This document shows positions 9,875 through 20,300 of a DNA stretch of 64,000 nt, piece by piece. Origin of the DNA: an uncultured Gemmatimonadaceae bacterium. GTDB taxonomy: Bacteria; Gemmatimonadota; Gemmatimonadetes; Gemmatimonadales; Gemmatimonadaceae. The notes below the pieces were generated by a model that searched no databases, was not told where the DNA came from, and saw only the letters and a program-made list of their open reading frames with translations. Positions within the stretch are counted from its first letter, which is position 1. Each line of letters begins with the position of its first letter. The translations under genes and the position numbers were made by a program. The DNA lies in the NCBI GenBank assembly GCA_963843845.1, contig CAWJMB010000005.1:64001-128000 (forward strand). The letters run 5' to 3'.

Positions 9875-10839
9875 ATGACGGAGAAGCTATCCAACGCCGC
9901 GATCGACGCGCTCATCGACCGACTCGGCCCCGCGCTCGGCGGGCGCGTTCGGCGCGACGAGCCGCTCGGGCAATACACCACCTTCAGAATCGGGGGTCCG
10001 GCGGACGCGTTCATCGAGGCGACGACGGCCGACGAGCTCGCCGACGCGCTGCTCGCCGCGCGCTCCTTGCACCTCCCGTACTTCGTGCTCGGGCTCGGCG
10101 CGAACATCCTCGTCGGCGACGGCGGCTACCGGGGGCTGGTCATTCGCAACGGGGCGCGCCACTTCACGTTCTCCGACGACGGGCGGCTCCGGGCGGAGAG
10201 CGGCGCGGTCATGCAGGAGCTCATCCTCGAGGCGGTCGAGCGCGGGTGGAGCGGGATCGAGCACTACATCGGCATCCCGAGCACCGTCGGCGGCGCGATC
10301 TGGCAGAACCTGCACTTCCTGTCGCCCGCGCCCGAGCGCGAGCGCACGATGTTCATCGCCGAGGTGTTCGAGTCGTGCGAGATCCTGAGCGAGGAGAACG
10401 AGCGGCGGACGGTCGACGCGCGAGTACGTGCAGTTCGGCTACGACGATACGGTCTTCCACCACCGCCGCGACGTCGTGCTCGCGGCCACGTTCCGGCTCG
10501 AGCGCGGCGACCCGGAGCGGCTCCATCGCATCCTGCACGAGAACCTGTCGTGGCGCGGTGCGCGGCACCCCTGGCTGCAGGTGCACCCGAGCGCGGGGTC
10601 GATCTTCAAGAAGATCGAGGGAGTCGGCGCCGGGCGGCTGATCGACCAGGCGGGGCTCAAGGGGCGCCGCCACGGCGGCGCGCAGATCTCGCCGCATGCA
10701 CGCGAACATCATCGTGAACACCGGGCGGGCGACGGCGAAGGACGTGCGGGAGCTGATCGCCATCGCGCAGGAGGCGGTGCGGGCGGGGACGGGGCTGTCG
10801 TTGGAGACGGAGATCGGGATGATCGGCGAGTTCGTGTGA
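9875..10839 (+). CDS. murB: UDP-N-acetylenolpyruvoylglucosamine reductase (frameshifts near 10420 and 10695)
   Basis: YTTFRIGGPA, LGLGANILVGDGG, GIPSTVGGAI, PSAGSIFK, HANIIVN, LETEIGMIG across frames. Confidence 0.92.
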
Positions 10840-10917
10840 CGGGCGGCTGAACGCCGTGGGCGAGCCGCGGGTCAGCTGCGGGGCACAGGCGTGGTCCAGC
10901 GCGTTTCGACCGCCGTG

Positions 10918-11619
10918 CTACCGCCGCCGCCCCGCGGCACCGCGACCAGGCCCACCCCGCAGCATCTCCCACGCAGTCGCCTGCTGATCCGCCGTCAGCA
11001 CGGCGATCGCGTCGCGCAGCTCCGCATGCGACTGATCGCGCAGCCGCTGGACCTCGGCGGCGTTCAACATCGGCGGCACGGCAGGGCGCGGCAGGCGGGT
11101 GGCGCGAGGCGTCGCGCCAGGCATCCCGTCGGGCGCTCCGTTCGGTGCCTGCGGCCGATTCGCCGCACGCATCGAGTCGACACGTGCTCGCAGCGCCGTA
11201 CGCCGATCGCCAGCCCGGCGCGCGATCGCGGCAAGACGGGTGACCTGCTGATCGGTCAGCTTGAGGTCGCCGGTGTGCGCGAGAAAGTGCGACGCCGGAT
11301 CACCGCCGGCACCCGGCCCGCCGGCACCCGGCCCACCGGCTCGCCCCGGCCCACCGGTCCGACCTGGCCCAGCCATGCCGCGCTCCATCCTGCGACCGAA
11401 CCCCTGCGGAACGGCGCCCCGTGAGCCGCCGAGTGCCTGGCGACGGTCGCCGCGAGTGTCCCGAATGCCGCGAGCGTCGCGCGATGGAGGGCCACGCCGG
11501 CCGGCGAGCGGCGGACGGGCCGTGTCCGTCGGCGCGGCGGGCGGCTGCGCCGCGAGAACGGAAGGCGCCGTCGCGACGGCGCCGGCGAGCGCGAGAGCGA
11601 GCGAGAGACGTGACGTCAT
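10918..11619 (-). CDS. Exported Spy/CpxP-like helical protein with Gly/Pro-rich linker
   Basis: Signal peptide; LKLTDQQVTRL and VLTADQQATA resemble LTXXQ motifs. Confidence 0.65.
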   Translation of the reverse strand: MTSRLSLALALAGAVATAPSVLAAQPPAAPTDTARPPLAGRRGPPSRDARGIRDTRGDRRQALGGSRGAVPQGFGRRMERGMAGPGRTGGPGRAGGPGAGGPGAGGDPASHFLAHTGDLKLTDQQVTRLAAIARRAGDRRTALRARVDSMRAANRPQAPNGAPDGMPGATPRATRLPRPAVPPMLNAAEVQRLRDQSHAELRDAIAVLTADQQATAWEMLRGGPGRGAAGRRR

Positions 11620-11713
11620 CGAAAGGCTCCGGATGAAAGTCGGCGGCGCATCATCGCGCCGCCGAATCAACTGACACCAGAGCACTCCGCCGCATTCCAT
11701 CGCTACGCGTTCC

Positions 11714-12454
11714 TCACTCGTGCCGACGCCGCTCGCGCCGGTCTCGCACCACCAGGCCGGCGACACCGAACGCGCCGGTGGCGACGAGGAAGAGCGTGTT
11801 CGGCTCCGGGACGGCGACGAGCGGCGTGCTGGTCATCGCGATGAACTCCTGGCGCCCCCCCGTCGCGCGACCGGCCGCTGCGACGTCGGTGATCAGCCAG
11901 GCGCGCGACATGTCGACCGCGTCGTAGTGCACCCCGGCTTCGTCGAACGCGGCGAAGCCGACCGACGCGGCGCGGTCGGCGAGCGCGAGGTACTCGTTCG
12001 ACTGCCCGAACTCTGGCGCGGCGGCTGGCGTGAACAGATTCCAGATCGCGTAGTGCACCGGCCCCCATCCTTCCGCCGTCCGAGGCTTCGTGCTGAACAG
12101 GCTGCCGAGCCACGCCGCCTTGCGGTAGGTGAGCATGGCGCCCGGATGGCGCGACTCCGACAGATCATCGGCGCCGCCGAGTCCGTTCACGGAGACCGCG
12201 TACTGATCGCCGTAGTTGATGTGGTTCACGAAGTCGATGCAGATCACCGCGATCGTCTGCGACTGCCCGACGGCGTTCACGAACGACGCGCCGCCGTACG
12301 GCCCGACGTAGTTCCCTCCCGCGACGGGGTTGTTCAGGCTGTTCGCGAACGTCAACGTGCCCTGCGCGCGAACGGCGGGAGCGAGCGCGGCGAGGGCGAG
12401 CAGCGTCGCGGCAGTGCGCCGCCACGGAGAGGAGCCGAACGGAGAGACACGCAT
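11714..12454 (-). CDS. PEP-CTERM sorting-domain surface protein
   Basis: Signal peptide; C-terminal VPEP, transmembrane segment and basic tail (RDRRERRRHE). Confidence 0.9.
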   Translation of the reverse strand: MRVSPFGSSPWRRTAATLLALAALAPAVRAQGTLTFANSLNNPVAGGNYVGPYGGASFVNAVGQSQTIAVICIDFVNHINYGDQYAVSVNGLGGADDLSESRHPGAMLTYRKAAWLGSLFSTKPRTAEGWGPVHYAIWNLFTPAAAPEFGQSNEYLALADRAASVGFAAFDEAGVHYDAVDMSRAWLITDVAAAGRATGGRQEFIAMTSTPLVAVPEPNTLFLVATGAFGVAGLVVRDRRERRRHE

Positions 12455-12529
12455 GCGAGTGGTGCGGTGAGGGTCGGAGGATCGCCCCCGAAGTCTCGAC
12501 GCCGCCCCACCAACACTTCACCTTCCTGC

Positions 12530-13057
12530 ATGCCACGCACTCGGCGCGCGCCGACGCCCGGCCGTCTCGTCATCCGCCTCCAGAAGGGGGCGGACGGCTC
12601 GGCGGCGCTGACCTGTACGCGCGCTGACGGGTCGGTGACGTGGCAGCGACAGACCGGCGCCCAGGCGCGCTTCTTTCCCCGCCACGACCTCACGCACTAC
12701 GCCGTCGAGACGGAGCTCGCGCACCGTCGCGGCTTCTATGGCCTCGTCGCCGAGGGGTGGAACGTCACCGACTTCGGCGCGCCGTGGCCGCGTGGCCCCA
12801 TCCCTCCGGACGCCGAGCCGGCGGAGCTGATCGTCGGCTTTCTCGACGGCGAGCGCGCGGGCGGCGTGCAGTGGAGCGCCGCCGAGCTGAACGACGAGAT
12901 CGCGCTGAACCACGAGACACACGGCACGTTCGCGCGTGCGACCGTCACCGACGACGAGCTCGCCCGCATCCGGGCGCGCATGCGCGAGCTGTTCGCGCGC
13001 TGGGACGCAGTGCTGCCAGGCGAGGCGCTGGAGTTGTCGTTCGACGTGCACCGCTGA
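12530..13057 (+). CDS. Conserved-looking hypothetical protein with an HDLTHYAVE motif
   Basis: Normal codon use and globular composition from ATG 12530; motif FPRHDLTHYAVE...GFYGLVAEGW. Confidence 0.7.
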   Translation: MPRTRRAPTPGRLVIRLQKGADGSAALTCTRADGSVTWQRQTGAQARFFPRHDLTHYAVETELAHRRGFYGLVAEGWNVTDFGAPWPRGPIPPDAEPAELIVGFLDGERAGGVQWSAAELNDEIALNHETHGTFARATVTDDELARIRARMRELFARWDAVLPGEALELSFDVHR

Positions 13058-13319
13058 TCCATCCCCAGCTCGCGGCGATCGTCGCCGACTCCAGCGGATG
13101 CAGCGTCGCCTCCGCGCGCTCGCCGCGTCGGCACGCGACGCGGGCGGTACACCGGCGCGACTTCGGCGCGACCCGGTCGGCCGGCTCGTCGCGCGACTCG
13201 CCGGGCCGCTGCCCGGCATCGGCGGCCGGGTGCGCCATTCCGTCTACTCGGCGTTCTCCATCATGCCGCGACACCAGCAGCGCCACCTGGAACAGGCCGA
13301 GGACGCGGTGCGGGCATAG
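13057..13319 (+). pseudogene. Probable internally deleted DinB-family remnant
   Basis: IHPQLAAIVAD..., RRDPVG and C-terminal IMPRHQQRHLEQAE (HxxRH). No valid start (ATC where ATG is expected), a frameshift, and only ~85 codons. Confidence 0.45.
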
Positions 13320-13401
13320 CGGTGTCGGGGCGTGTAACTCGCGCGCTGGCGCGGCGTAGGGCTCGTGTACGGCCGCACGACTCACGCTTCACGCCGCTGC
13401 C

Positions 13402-13947
13402 ATGACGAACCTGTCGACCGCACTCGTTCCCGTCACTGCCCCCATCGAGTCGCCGACCTCGGCGCGCGAGGCGCTGGCGGATCGGTTTCTCGCCCGCGTC
13501 TCCGCACTGTCGCCTCGCCAGTGGGGTGAACTCGACGCGATCGGGCAGCGGTTCACGGCGTCCGACCCGATCTCGGTCTGGCAGCGCGCCCGGCGCCTCG
13601 CCGCGTTCGCGGGACGCCTTCCGGCGCTGGAGGACGTGATGACGGTGTTCGGCTTCGTCGGACTCGGCGTGGCCGATCTCGCGACGGCGGCCGGGCTGCG
13701 CGGGCGGACCTCCTACGTCCATCTCCCGACCCCCGCGACGTCGACACCGCCCGAGTCTCGCGCGCTGACCGATCGCATCGAGACGTTGCGCGACATCGCG
13801 ACGCACCAGCCGGGCGGCGCCGGCGAGGCGTTCGACAGTCTCGCGATCGCGCTCGGTGCACTCTGGATGCGCGACCTGCTCCCCGACGCGTCGTTCGCGC
13901 GGCTGTACGCGCTCGTCGAGCCGGTCGTTCCGATCGCGTCGCTCTGA
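13402..13947 (+). CDS. Hypothetical protein
   Basis: 181-aa ORF with typical codon use; no recognisable motif. Confidence 0.65.
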   Translation: MTNLSTALVPVTAPIESPTSAREALADRFLARVSALSPRQWGELDAIGQRFTASDPISVWQRARRLAAFAGRLPALEDVMTVFGFVGLGVADLATAAGLRGRTSYVHLPTPATSTPPESRALTDRIETLRDIATHQPGGAGEAFDSLAIALGALWMRDLLPDASFARLYALVEPVVPIASL

Positions 13948-13953
13948 CGCTCG

Positions 13954-14319
13954 CTACCGCCGCATCGACACGTTCACCACGTTCCGACCGACGTTCCACT
14001 CGATGAGCGACGCCGTCGCGAGCACGAACTCGCGCGATGTCGACGCCGCGCCGCTCCCGGCCTCCGCGATCAGTCGGTGTGGATCGGTCCCCGCCCCGAC
14101 CTCGAAGCGAAGCTCCTGCGTCTTCGACGCCTCGATGACGCCGAGCGTGCGGCGTGCCCCGGACGCCGGGATGAGCGAGATCGTCAGCTGCACCGCGGGA
14201 ACGAAGTTGTTCGTCACGCGCAGCGTCGCCATCGGCGGCGCCGACTTTCCGCCGCGGCACCCGACGAGCGCGAACGACACCAGTGCGCCGAGTACGGCGC
14301 GGCGAGCGAGGGACGTCAT
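13954..14319 (-). CDS. Small lipoprotein, probably beta-sandwich
   Basis: AGGAG RBS, MTSLARR... lipobox LVGC, beta-rich LRVTNN pattern. Confidence 0.7.
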   Translation of the reverse strand: MTSLARRAVLGALVSFALVGCRGGKSAPPMATLRVTNNFVPAVQLTISLIPASGARRTLGVIEASKTQELRFEVGAGTDPHRLIAEAGSGAASTSREFVLATASLIEWNVGRNVVNVSMRR

Positions 14320-14375
14320 GATTCTCCTTCGTGCAGGGGGGATGTGCCTCGAATCCGCTGTGCCAAGAACTGTAC

Positions 14376-16489
14376 CTACACCGGGTTCGTCTCGAGCGCC
14401 TCGGTCGCCGCCGTCCACTCCTCGAGCGCCGCGTCGAGCGACGCTTTCGCCGCGTCGAGTGCGCGCCCCATCTCGCTCGCCTTCTGCACGCCGTCGGGCG
14501 TGCCGTAGAGCGCGGGGTCGTCGAGCGCGGTCGTGAGCTCGGCCACCTTCGCCTCGAGCTCGGCGACGCGCTCTCTCGCTCTGCTCACGCGCTTCTGCGC
14601 CTCGCGCGACGAACGGCGGTGGTCGCGCTCGGCGCCGCGCTTATCGTTCGTCGCCGCCGACGCGTTCGCGCTCGGCGCGGGCTTCGCTCCCTGCGCCGGC
14701 TTCGCCTGCTTCGCCGCCTGCGCCGCCGCGTCGCGGCGCGTGCGCTCCATCCGCTCGCGCTCCTTCACGCGCCGCAGCGCCTCCTCCTCCGCGGCGTGCA
14801 CCGCCGCCGCGTGCTCGCGCTCACGCGACGCGACCTCCCACTCCTCGAACGAGCCGTCGAACACGGTGACGCGCCGCTCGTGAAGCACCCACACCTGCGT
14901 CGCGAGCGCGCGGAGCAGCGCGCGGTCGTGGCTCACGAGCAGCACGGTCCCTTCGTAGTCCGTCGAGCGCGTCCTCGAGCGCCTCGATGCTCTCGACGTC
15001 GAGGTGGTTCGTCGGCTCGTCGAGCACGAGGAAGTTCGCGCGCTGCAGCATCATCACCGCGAGCGCGACGCGCGCCCGCTCGCCGCCGGAGAGCGTGCCG
15101 ACCGCCGCTGCACCTCGTCGCCCGAGAAGCCGAAGCGGCCGAGGTGCCCCTGGACGAGGCGGCGCTCCCACGTCGGGCGCAGGTCGGAGATGACGTCGTA
15201 GATGTTGCGGTCGAGCGGAAGCTGCGACGAGGTTCTGACTGTAGTACGCGGTGCGGATCGAGTCGCCGACCTGCACGACGGCCGCCTAACGGACCGGTCT
15301 CGCCGACGATCGCCTTCAGCAGCGTCGACTTGCCCGCGCCGTTCGGCCCGATGAAGCCGACGACCTCGCCGCGCGTGAGCCGCGACGTGAAGTTCTCGAT
15401 GAGCACCGCGGATCGGGGATCGGGATCGGGGATCGGTGCGTCGACCGTCCCGATCCCGATCCCCGATCCCCGGCTACCGGCACTCCGACGCTCGCCTTCT
15501 CCGCCACGACGACCTGGTCGCCGCCGCGGTCAGCGATCTCGAGCCGCAGCGCCATCACGTCGCGTCGTCGCCGATCGGCGTGCTGAGTCGCGGCAGTCGC
15601 GCGAGCTTCTTGCGCCGCCCCTTCGCCTGCTTCGTGTTCTGGCCGGCGAGGTTGCGGCGGATGTAGTCCTCCTCCGCGGCGATGACCTTCTGCTGCTTGT
15701 CGAACTGGCGCTGCTGCGCGAGGCGGCGCTCCTCGCGCTGCGCGACGAACGCGCTCGTAGCCGCCGGCGTAGGGCGTCGCGCTCCCTCCCTCGAAGTGCA
15801 GCACGTGGTCGACGACGGCGCCGAGGAACGCGCGGTCGTGGCTGACGAGGACGACGGTGCGCTCGGTCTGCTTGCAGCCACCCCTCGAGCCAGCGCGTCG
15901 TCTCGAGGTCGAGGTGGTTCGTCGGCTCGTCGAGGAGCAGCACTTCGCCGGGGAGCACGAGCTGGCGCGCGAGACCGACGCGCCCGCGCTCGCCGCCCGA
16001 GAGGGTGGACAGGAGACGCGTCTTCGCGTACGTCCGGGTCGAAGCCGAGTCCGTCGAGCACGGCGTCGACGCGCGCGGCGTACGTATAGCCGCCTTCGCG
16101 CTCGAAGCGCTCGAGGTCGCGACCGTACTTCTCCATCGCCGCGTCGCTCGTAGCTGTGCGCGAGTGCGTCGGCCTGCGCGGCGAGCGACCGCTCGAGCGC
16201 GAGCAGCTCGCGTGAACGCGCCGGCGACGCCCTCCCACACCGTCGTCACACCGGCGCCGAAGTCACGATGCTGCTCGAGCAGCGTGACGCGGACGCCGGG
16301 CTGCCGCACGACCTGGCCGCGCGTCGGCGACAGCTCGCCGGTGAGGAGCTTGAACAGCGTCGTCTTGCCGGTGCCGTTGCGGCCGATGACGCCCCAGCGA
16401 TCGCCGGCGGCGATCGTGAACGTGATGTCGCGAAAGAGCGTCGTCGCGCCGAAATCGACGGCGGCGTTGGAGACGGCGAGCTGGGTCAT
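14376..16489 (-). CDS. ABC-F family ATPase (Uup/YheS-like; many frameshifts)
   Basis: Two ABC cassettes ([48 protein letters not shown]), linker with YIRRN, C-terminal coiled coil, no TM segments. Confidence 0.92.
15406..15473. repeat. GGGGATC heptamer hairpin inside the ABC-F gene
   Basis: ggatcggggatcgggatcggggatcgg ... cccgatcccgatccccgatccccgg. Confidence 0.85.
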
Positions 16490-16495
16490 CGAGAC

Positions 16496-16501
16496 AAACT
16501 A
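16496..16501 (-). promoter_or_regulatory. Putative -10 box (TAGTTT) of a leaderless ABC-F transcript
   Basis: TANNNT 6 nt upstream of ATG 16489. Confidence 0.45.
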
Positions 16502-16506
16502 AACGA

Positions 16507-16566
16507 CCGGGGATCGGGGTTCGGGGATCGCCCGTCGATCCCCCCGATCCCCGATCCCCGATCTCC
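16507..16566. repeat. Intergenic GGGGATC heptamer hairpin (possible terminator role)
   Basis: ccggggatcggggttcggggatcg ... ccgatccccgatccccgatctcc, just after the stop at 16578. Confidence 0.8.
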
Positions 16567-16577
16567 TGCCGTTCCCG

Positions 16578-17003
16578 CTACTTCGCGTTCGGCGCCGGCG
16601 TCGTCACCGGATTCGGATTCACGTTCACCCCGCGCTTGCGCAGCTCGTCGATGACGAGGCGGGCGTTCGCGTTGCCGGCGTTCGCGAGGCGCTGCGTCGA
16701 CGCGGCGAGCGCGTCGAGGTTCGCGCGGACGCGAGTCGCGGCGTCGACCTGCGCCTGTTGTGCGATGCGGGCGTCGGTGAACTGCGTGCGCTCGCGAACG
16801 AGCTGCACGGTCTGGAAGCAGAGCCAGCTCACGAGGGCGATCGCGAGGAGGAGCAGCGGCAGGAACGGCGAGTGCGTGCCCTGCCCACCGTCTCCGGCCG
16901 GCGTGCGGCTCAGCCCCGGGCGCGGCGCCTCTGAGGTCGGCCGGATCGGTGTGCGCGGCTCCGGACGCTGGTCGGCGTCGCGGTCGATCAGTGACGCGCT
17001 CAC
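16578..17003 (-). CDS. Small single-pass membrane protein with coiled coil
   Basis: TM PFLPLLLLAIALVSWLCF; Gln/Ala helix; ends LRKRGVNVNP; GTGA overlap with the upstream gene. Confidence 0.8.
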   Translation of the reverse strand: MSASLIDRDADQRPEPRTPIRPTSEAPRPGLSRTPAGDGGQGTHSPFLPLLLLAIALVSWLCFQTVQLVRERTQFTDARIAQQAQVDAATRVRANLDALAASTQRLANAGNANARLVIDELRKRGVNVNPNPVTTPAPNAK

Positions 17004-17335
17004 GGCCGGACCGGGCTCGTGGGCGCGCTCGGCGCGGCCGGCGCGGCCGGCGCGGCCGACGCATTGGGCTTCACGGTCACGCCGTTCGCGGCGAGCATCT
17101 CGAGCATCTGCTGGTCGCCGTCGCGGAGCGCGAGGCCGGCCAGGTTGCGCGCGATGTCACGCTGCAGCGCCTCGAGCGGCACCGTCTGCTGCACCATCGC
17201 GGCGCGCTCGGCGACCTCCTGCTGCACCGTGCGGTTGGCGGCGAACAGCACGCTGTTGGCGGCGACGAGCAGCACCGACACGCCGCCGAGCGCGGTCAGT
17301 GAGATGAACTGCGGGCGAGTGAGCGAGTGAGCCAT
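17000..17335 (-). CDS. Small single-pass membrane protein with coiled coil (likely paralog of its neighbour)
   Basis: TM FISLTALGGVSVLLVAANSVLF; helix; ends LAANGVTVKPN plus PAA repeats. Confidence 0.8.
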   Translation of the reverse strand: MAHSLTRPQFISLTALGGVSVLLVAANSVLFAANRTVQQEVAERAAMVQQTVPLEALQRDIARNLAGLALRDGDQQMLEMLAANGVTVKPNASAAPAAPAAPSAPTSPVRP

Positions 17336-17395
17336 GATCGTGGCGTCGGATCGAGAGAACGAGAGCGACGAGGAGAATGCTATCGTAGCCGACGC

Positions 17396-20300
17396 TCAGC
17401 CGACGACTGTCGTCACGCCAGGGGTTCCCCGGCGCCGGCGGCGAACCAGCACGCCGACCCCGACGAGCCCCGCACCGAACATCGTCCATGTCGACGGCTC
17501 CGGGACCGCACTGACCGCGCCCGTGGTGATCGTGCCGCGGACGCTGAGCGTGATCGGGTCGAGCGCGCCCAGGTAGCCGCTCGCGTTCGTGCCGAAGTTG
17601 GTCAGCGTCACCGACCCGGTGAACGCGCCGAGCGTGGACGTGTCGAACGTGATGCCCAGCCCGCCGAGGCGGGCGCCCGCGGCGAGGTTCGAGAATGCGT
17701 CGAAGCCGAAGAACGAGAAGCCGGTGCCGCTCGTGAGGAACGAGCCGTTCAGCAGGTCGGCGAAGCCGGCCGCGACGTTGTCGACCGCGAGGTTCGCCGT
17801 CGTCGCGCCGGCGCCCGTCGTGATCGTGCCGAAGTCGAGCAGGAAGGCGTTCGCGCCGGTCATCGAGAACGCGCCGGCGCCGCCGGTCTTCGCGAAGGCG
17901 CCCTGCGCGAAGTCGTTGACCTGGCCGGTCAGCGTCACGTTCGTGCTGCCCAGCGAGCGGTCGGCGAGGTCCGGGTTCCGGCTCACGAGCGCGACTGCCG
18001 CGGTGCCGGAGAACTGGCCGTTCGTCGACGTGTTGAGCGTCGCCTGGAGACTCGTGTTGTCGCTCGTCCCGGCCGCGATCCCGCCGGTCGTTCCCGCCGT
18101 GGAGAACGCGGGGCCGCCGCCCGACACGGCCGCGACGAGCACGTCGTTCAGCGTGGCGATCGGGGCCACGTTCGTCACGCCGATGCCGCGCGTCGCGAGG
18201 TCGCCGACGTGCACGATCCCGAAGTCGACGGTCGCCGTCACGTCGGCGACGGCGGGAGCGTAGACTCGGCCGGCGAGCGCGACGTTCGTCGAGGCGACAT
18301 CGACGTCGGGTGCGCCGGTCGTGCCGACGCCGGTCGAGACGGCGCCGACCGTCGCCGTGCCGGCGTACGTGCCGGCGGTGGCCGTGTTCAGCCCGACCGA
18401 GAGCGCGGTGCTCGTGCCCTGGGCGGCGAGGGCGGTCACGCTCCCCGACGTCGTGAAGCCCGTCGGCGCGGCGCCGGTGAACGACGCGTTCAGCGCCTCG
18501 GTGAACGCATCCGGCGAGCTGTTCGTGATCGAGAGCGCCCGCGTCGGCGCCGCGTCGCCGACCCGCGCGGCGAGCGTCACCGACGTCGGCGTGACGCTCG
18601 GGTTCGCGAGGCGGTAGACGGCGCCGGTGACGGTCACGTTCTGCGACGGGAGCGTCAGCTGACAGTTGGGTGCGCACCCGCCGATGTTGCTCGCGTCGGA
18701 GACGAGCGAGACGGTCGCGGTGCCGCTCACCGCGCCGGCCGTGCTCGTGTTCAGGCCGACGGTGAGGCTCGACGCGTTCGTGGCGCCAGGAGCGAGGAGC
18801 GAGATGCTGCCGCTGCCGGTGACCGGCGCGGTGCCGCTGATCGTCGCGTTCAGCGCCGCCTGCTGATTGCCGGTCGCCTGATTCGTGATGCTGACCGCCC
18901 CCGTCGGCGACGCCGCGCCGAGTCGGACGTTGCCGAGGGCGATGGTCGGCGTGTTGATGACCGGCGCGGCCTGATCGACGACGTTGGCGGCGGCCTCGAT
19001 GGTGCCGTTCACGCCGTACGTCGTTCCGCCGATGGCGAGCGTGCCGAGGCCGTTGCTGACCCCGTTGACGGTGCCGGCGCTCGTGTAGTTGATCGCGATG
19101 GTGCCGGCGACCGTGCCGGCGGTGGCGGTGTTCACGCCGACCGTGAGCCCGCCGCTCGTGGCGCCGGCGGCGAGGCCGGTGATCGCGCCGCTGCCGGTGA
19201 TGCGGCTGGCGCCGGTGCCGGACGCCGCGCCGAAGCCGACATTCAGATCCTCGACGAAGCCGGCGGGGCCGGTCGCGCTGTTCGTGAACGACAGGTTCTG
19301 CGTGACGACCTGTCCGACCTGCACGGTGCCGAAGTCGAGCGCCGGGGTGTTGAGTTGGCCTTGCGCGACGACGTACGCGCCGGCGCCACTGCCGACGACG
19401 ATGTTGAGCTTCTGGTCCGCGATGTTCTCGTAGGTGCTGCGGAGGTTCACCGTCTGCCCGCTGAGCGGCGCGATGGCGCCGGCCGTACTGGTCGTGAACG
19501 TGACCTCGTACGGGCCGGCGGAGCCGCCGACCGGGGCCGGGCCGTAGAGACCGGGCGTCACGCCGCTGCCGGAGAGGCGGCTGTCGGAGATGTTGCCGCC
19601 GTTCACCGCCGTCTGGATCGCGCCGCGAAGCGCGGGGCCGGTCGTGCCGCCGTTGTCGATCGTGTACGTGTAGGTCGTGCCACCGACGCGCACGTTGCCG
19701 ATCGTCAGCGTCGCCGCGTTCGTCGTGCCGTTCGTGACGGTCGCGCCCGAGATCTCCTGCACGACGTCGCCGCCGGCGAGCACCTGCCCGCTGCCGGTGA
19801 TCCCCGCGCGGCGGTTGAAGCTGTTGCCGCTGCCGGCGGAGGCGTTCGTGTAGTCGGTGGAGAGCGTGATGTTGCGCGTGCCGTTGTTCACCGTCGCGCC
19901 GCTGCCGCCGATGGCGAGCGTGCCCTGCGAGACCGACGAGCCACCCGTGAGGTTCACCGTGCCCGCCGCGTCGACCTGCAGCGTGCCGGTGCCGGTGAGC
20001 GGCGTCTGCACGGTCAGCGTGCCGTTCTGGGCGCGGAGGAGGCCGTCGTTCGTGATGGCCGATTGCGTGATCGTGACGAGCCCGCCGCCGTCGGAGGCGA
20101 TCGTGCCGGTATTGACGAGCGTCTGCGTGCCGCCGACGAACACCTGGGTCCCGATCGTGCCGTTCGTGCCGCGGATCGTGACGTTCGGGCCGATCGTCGT
20201 GGTGCCGATCCCTTCGAGCGTGATGCGGTTGCTCGCGCCCGTGGTGCCGAGCACGATCTCGCCGGTGCCACCGATCGTCTGCGTGCCCTGCAGCGCGAGC

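Noticed and set aside
2938..10839. Pseudogenised his genes and murB, or programmed frameshifting
   Set aside because: Motifs are intact across frames, murB is normally essential, and there are no consistent slippery sites; sequencing error is more parsimonious.
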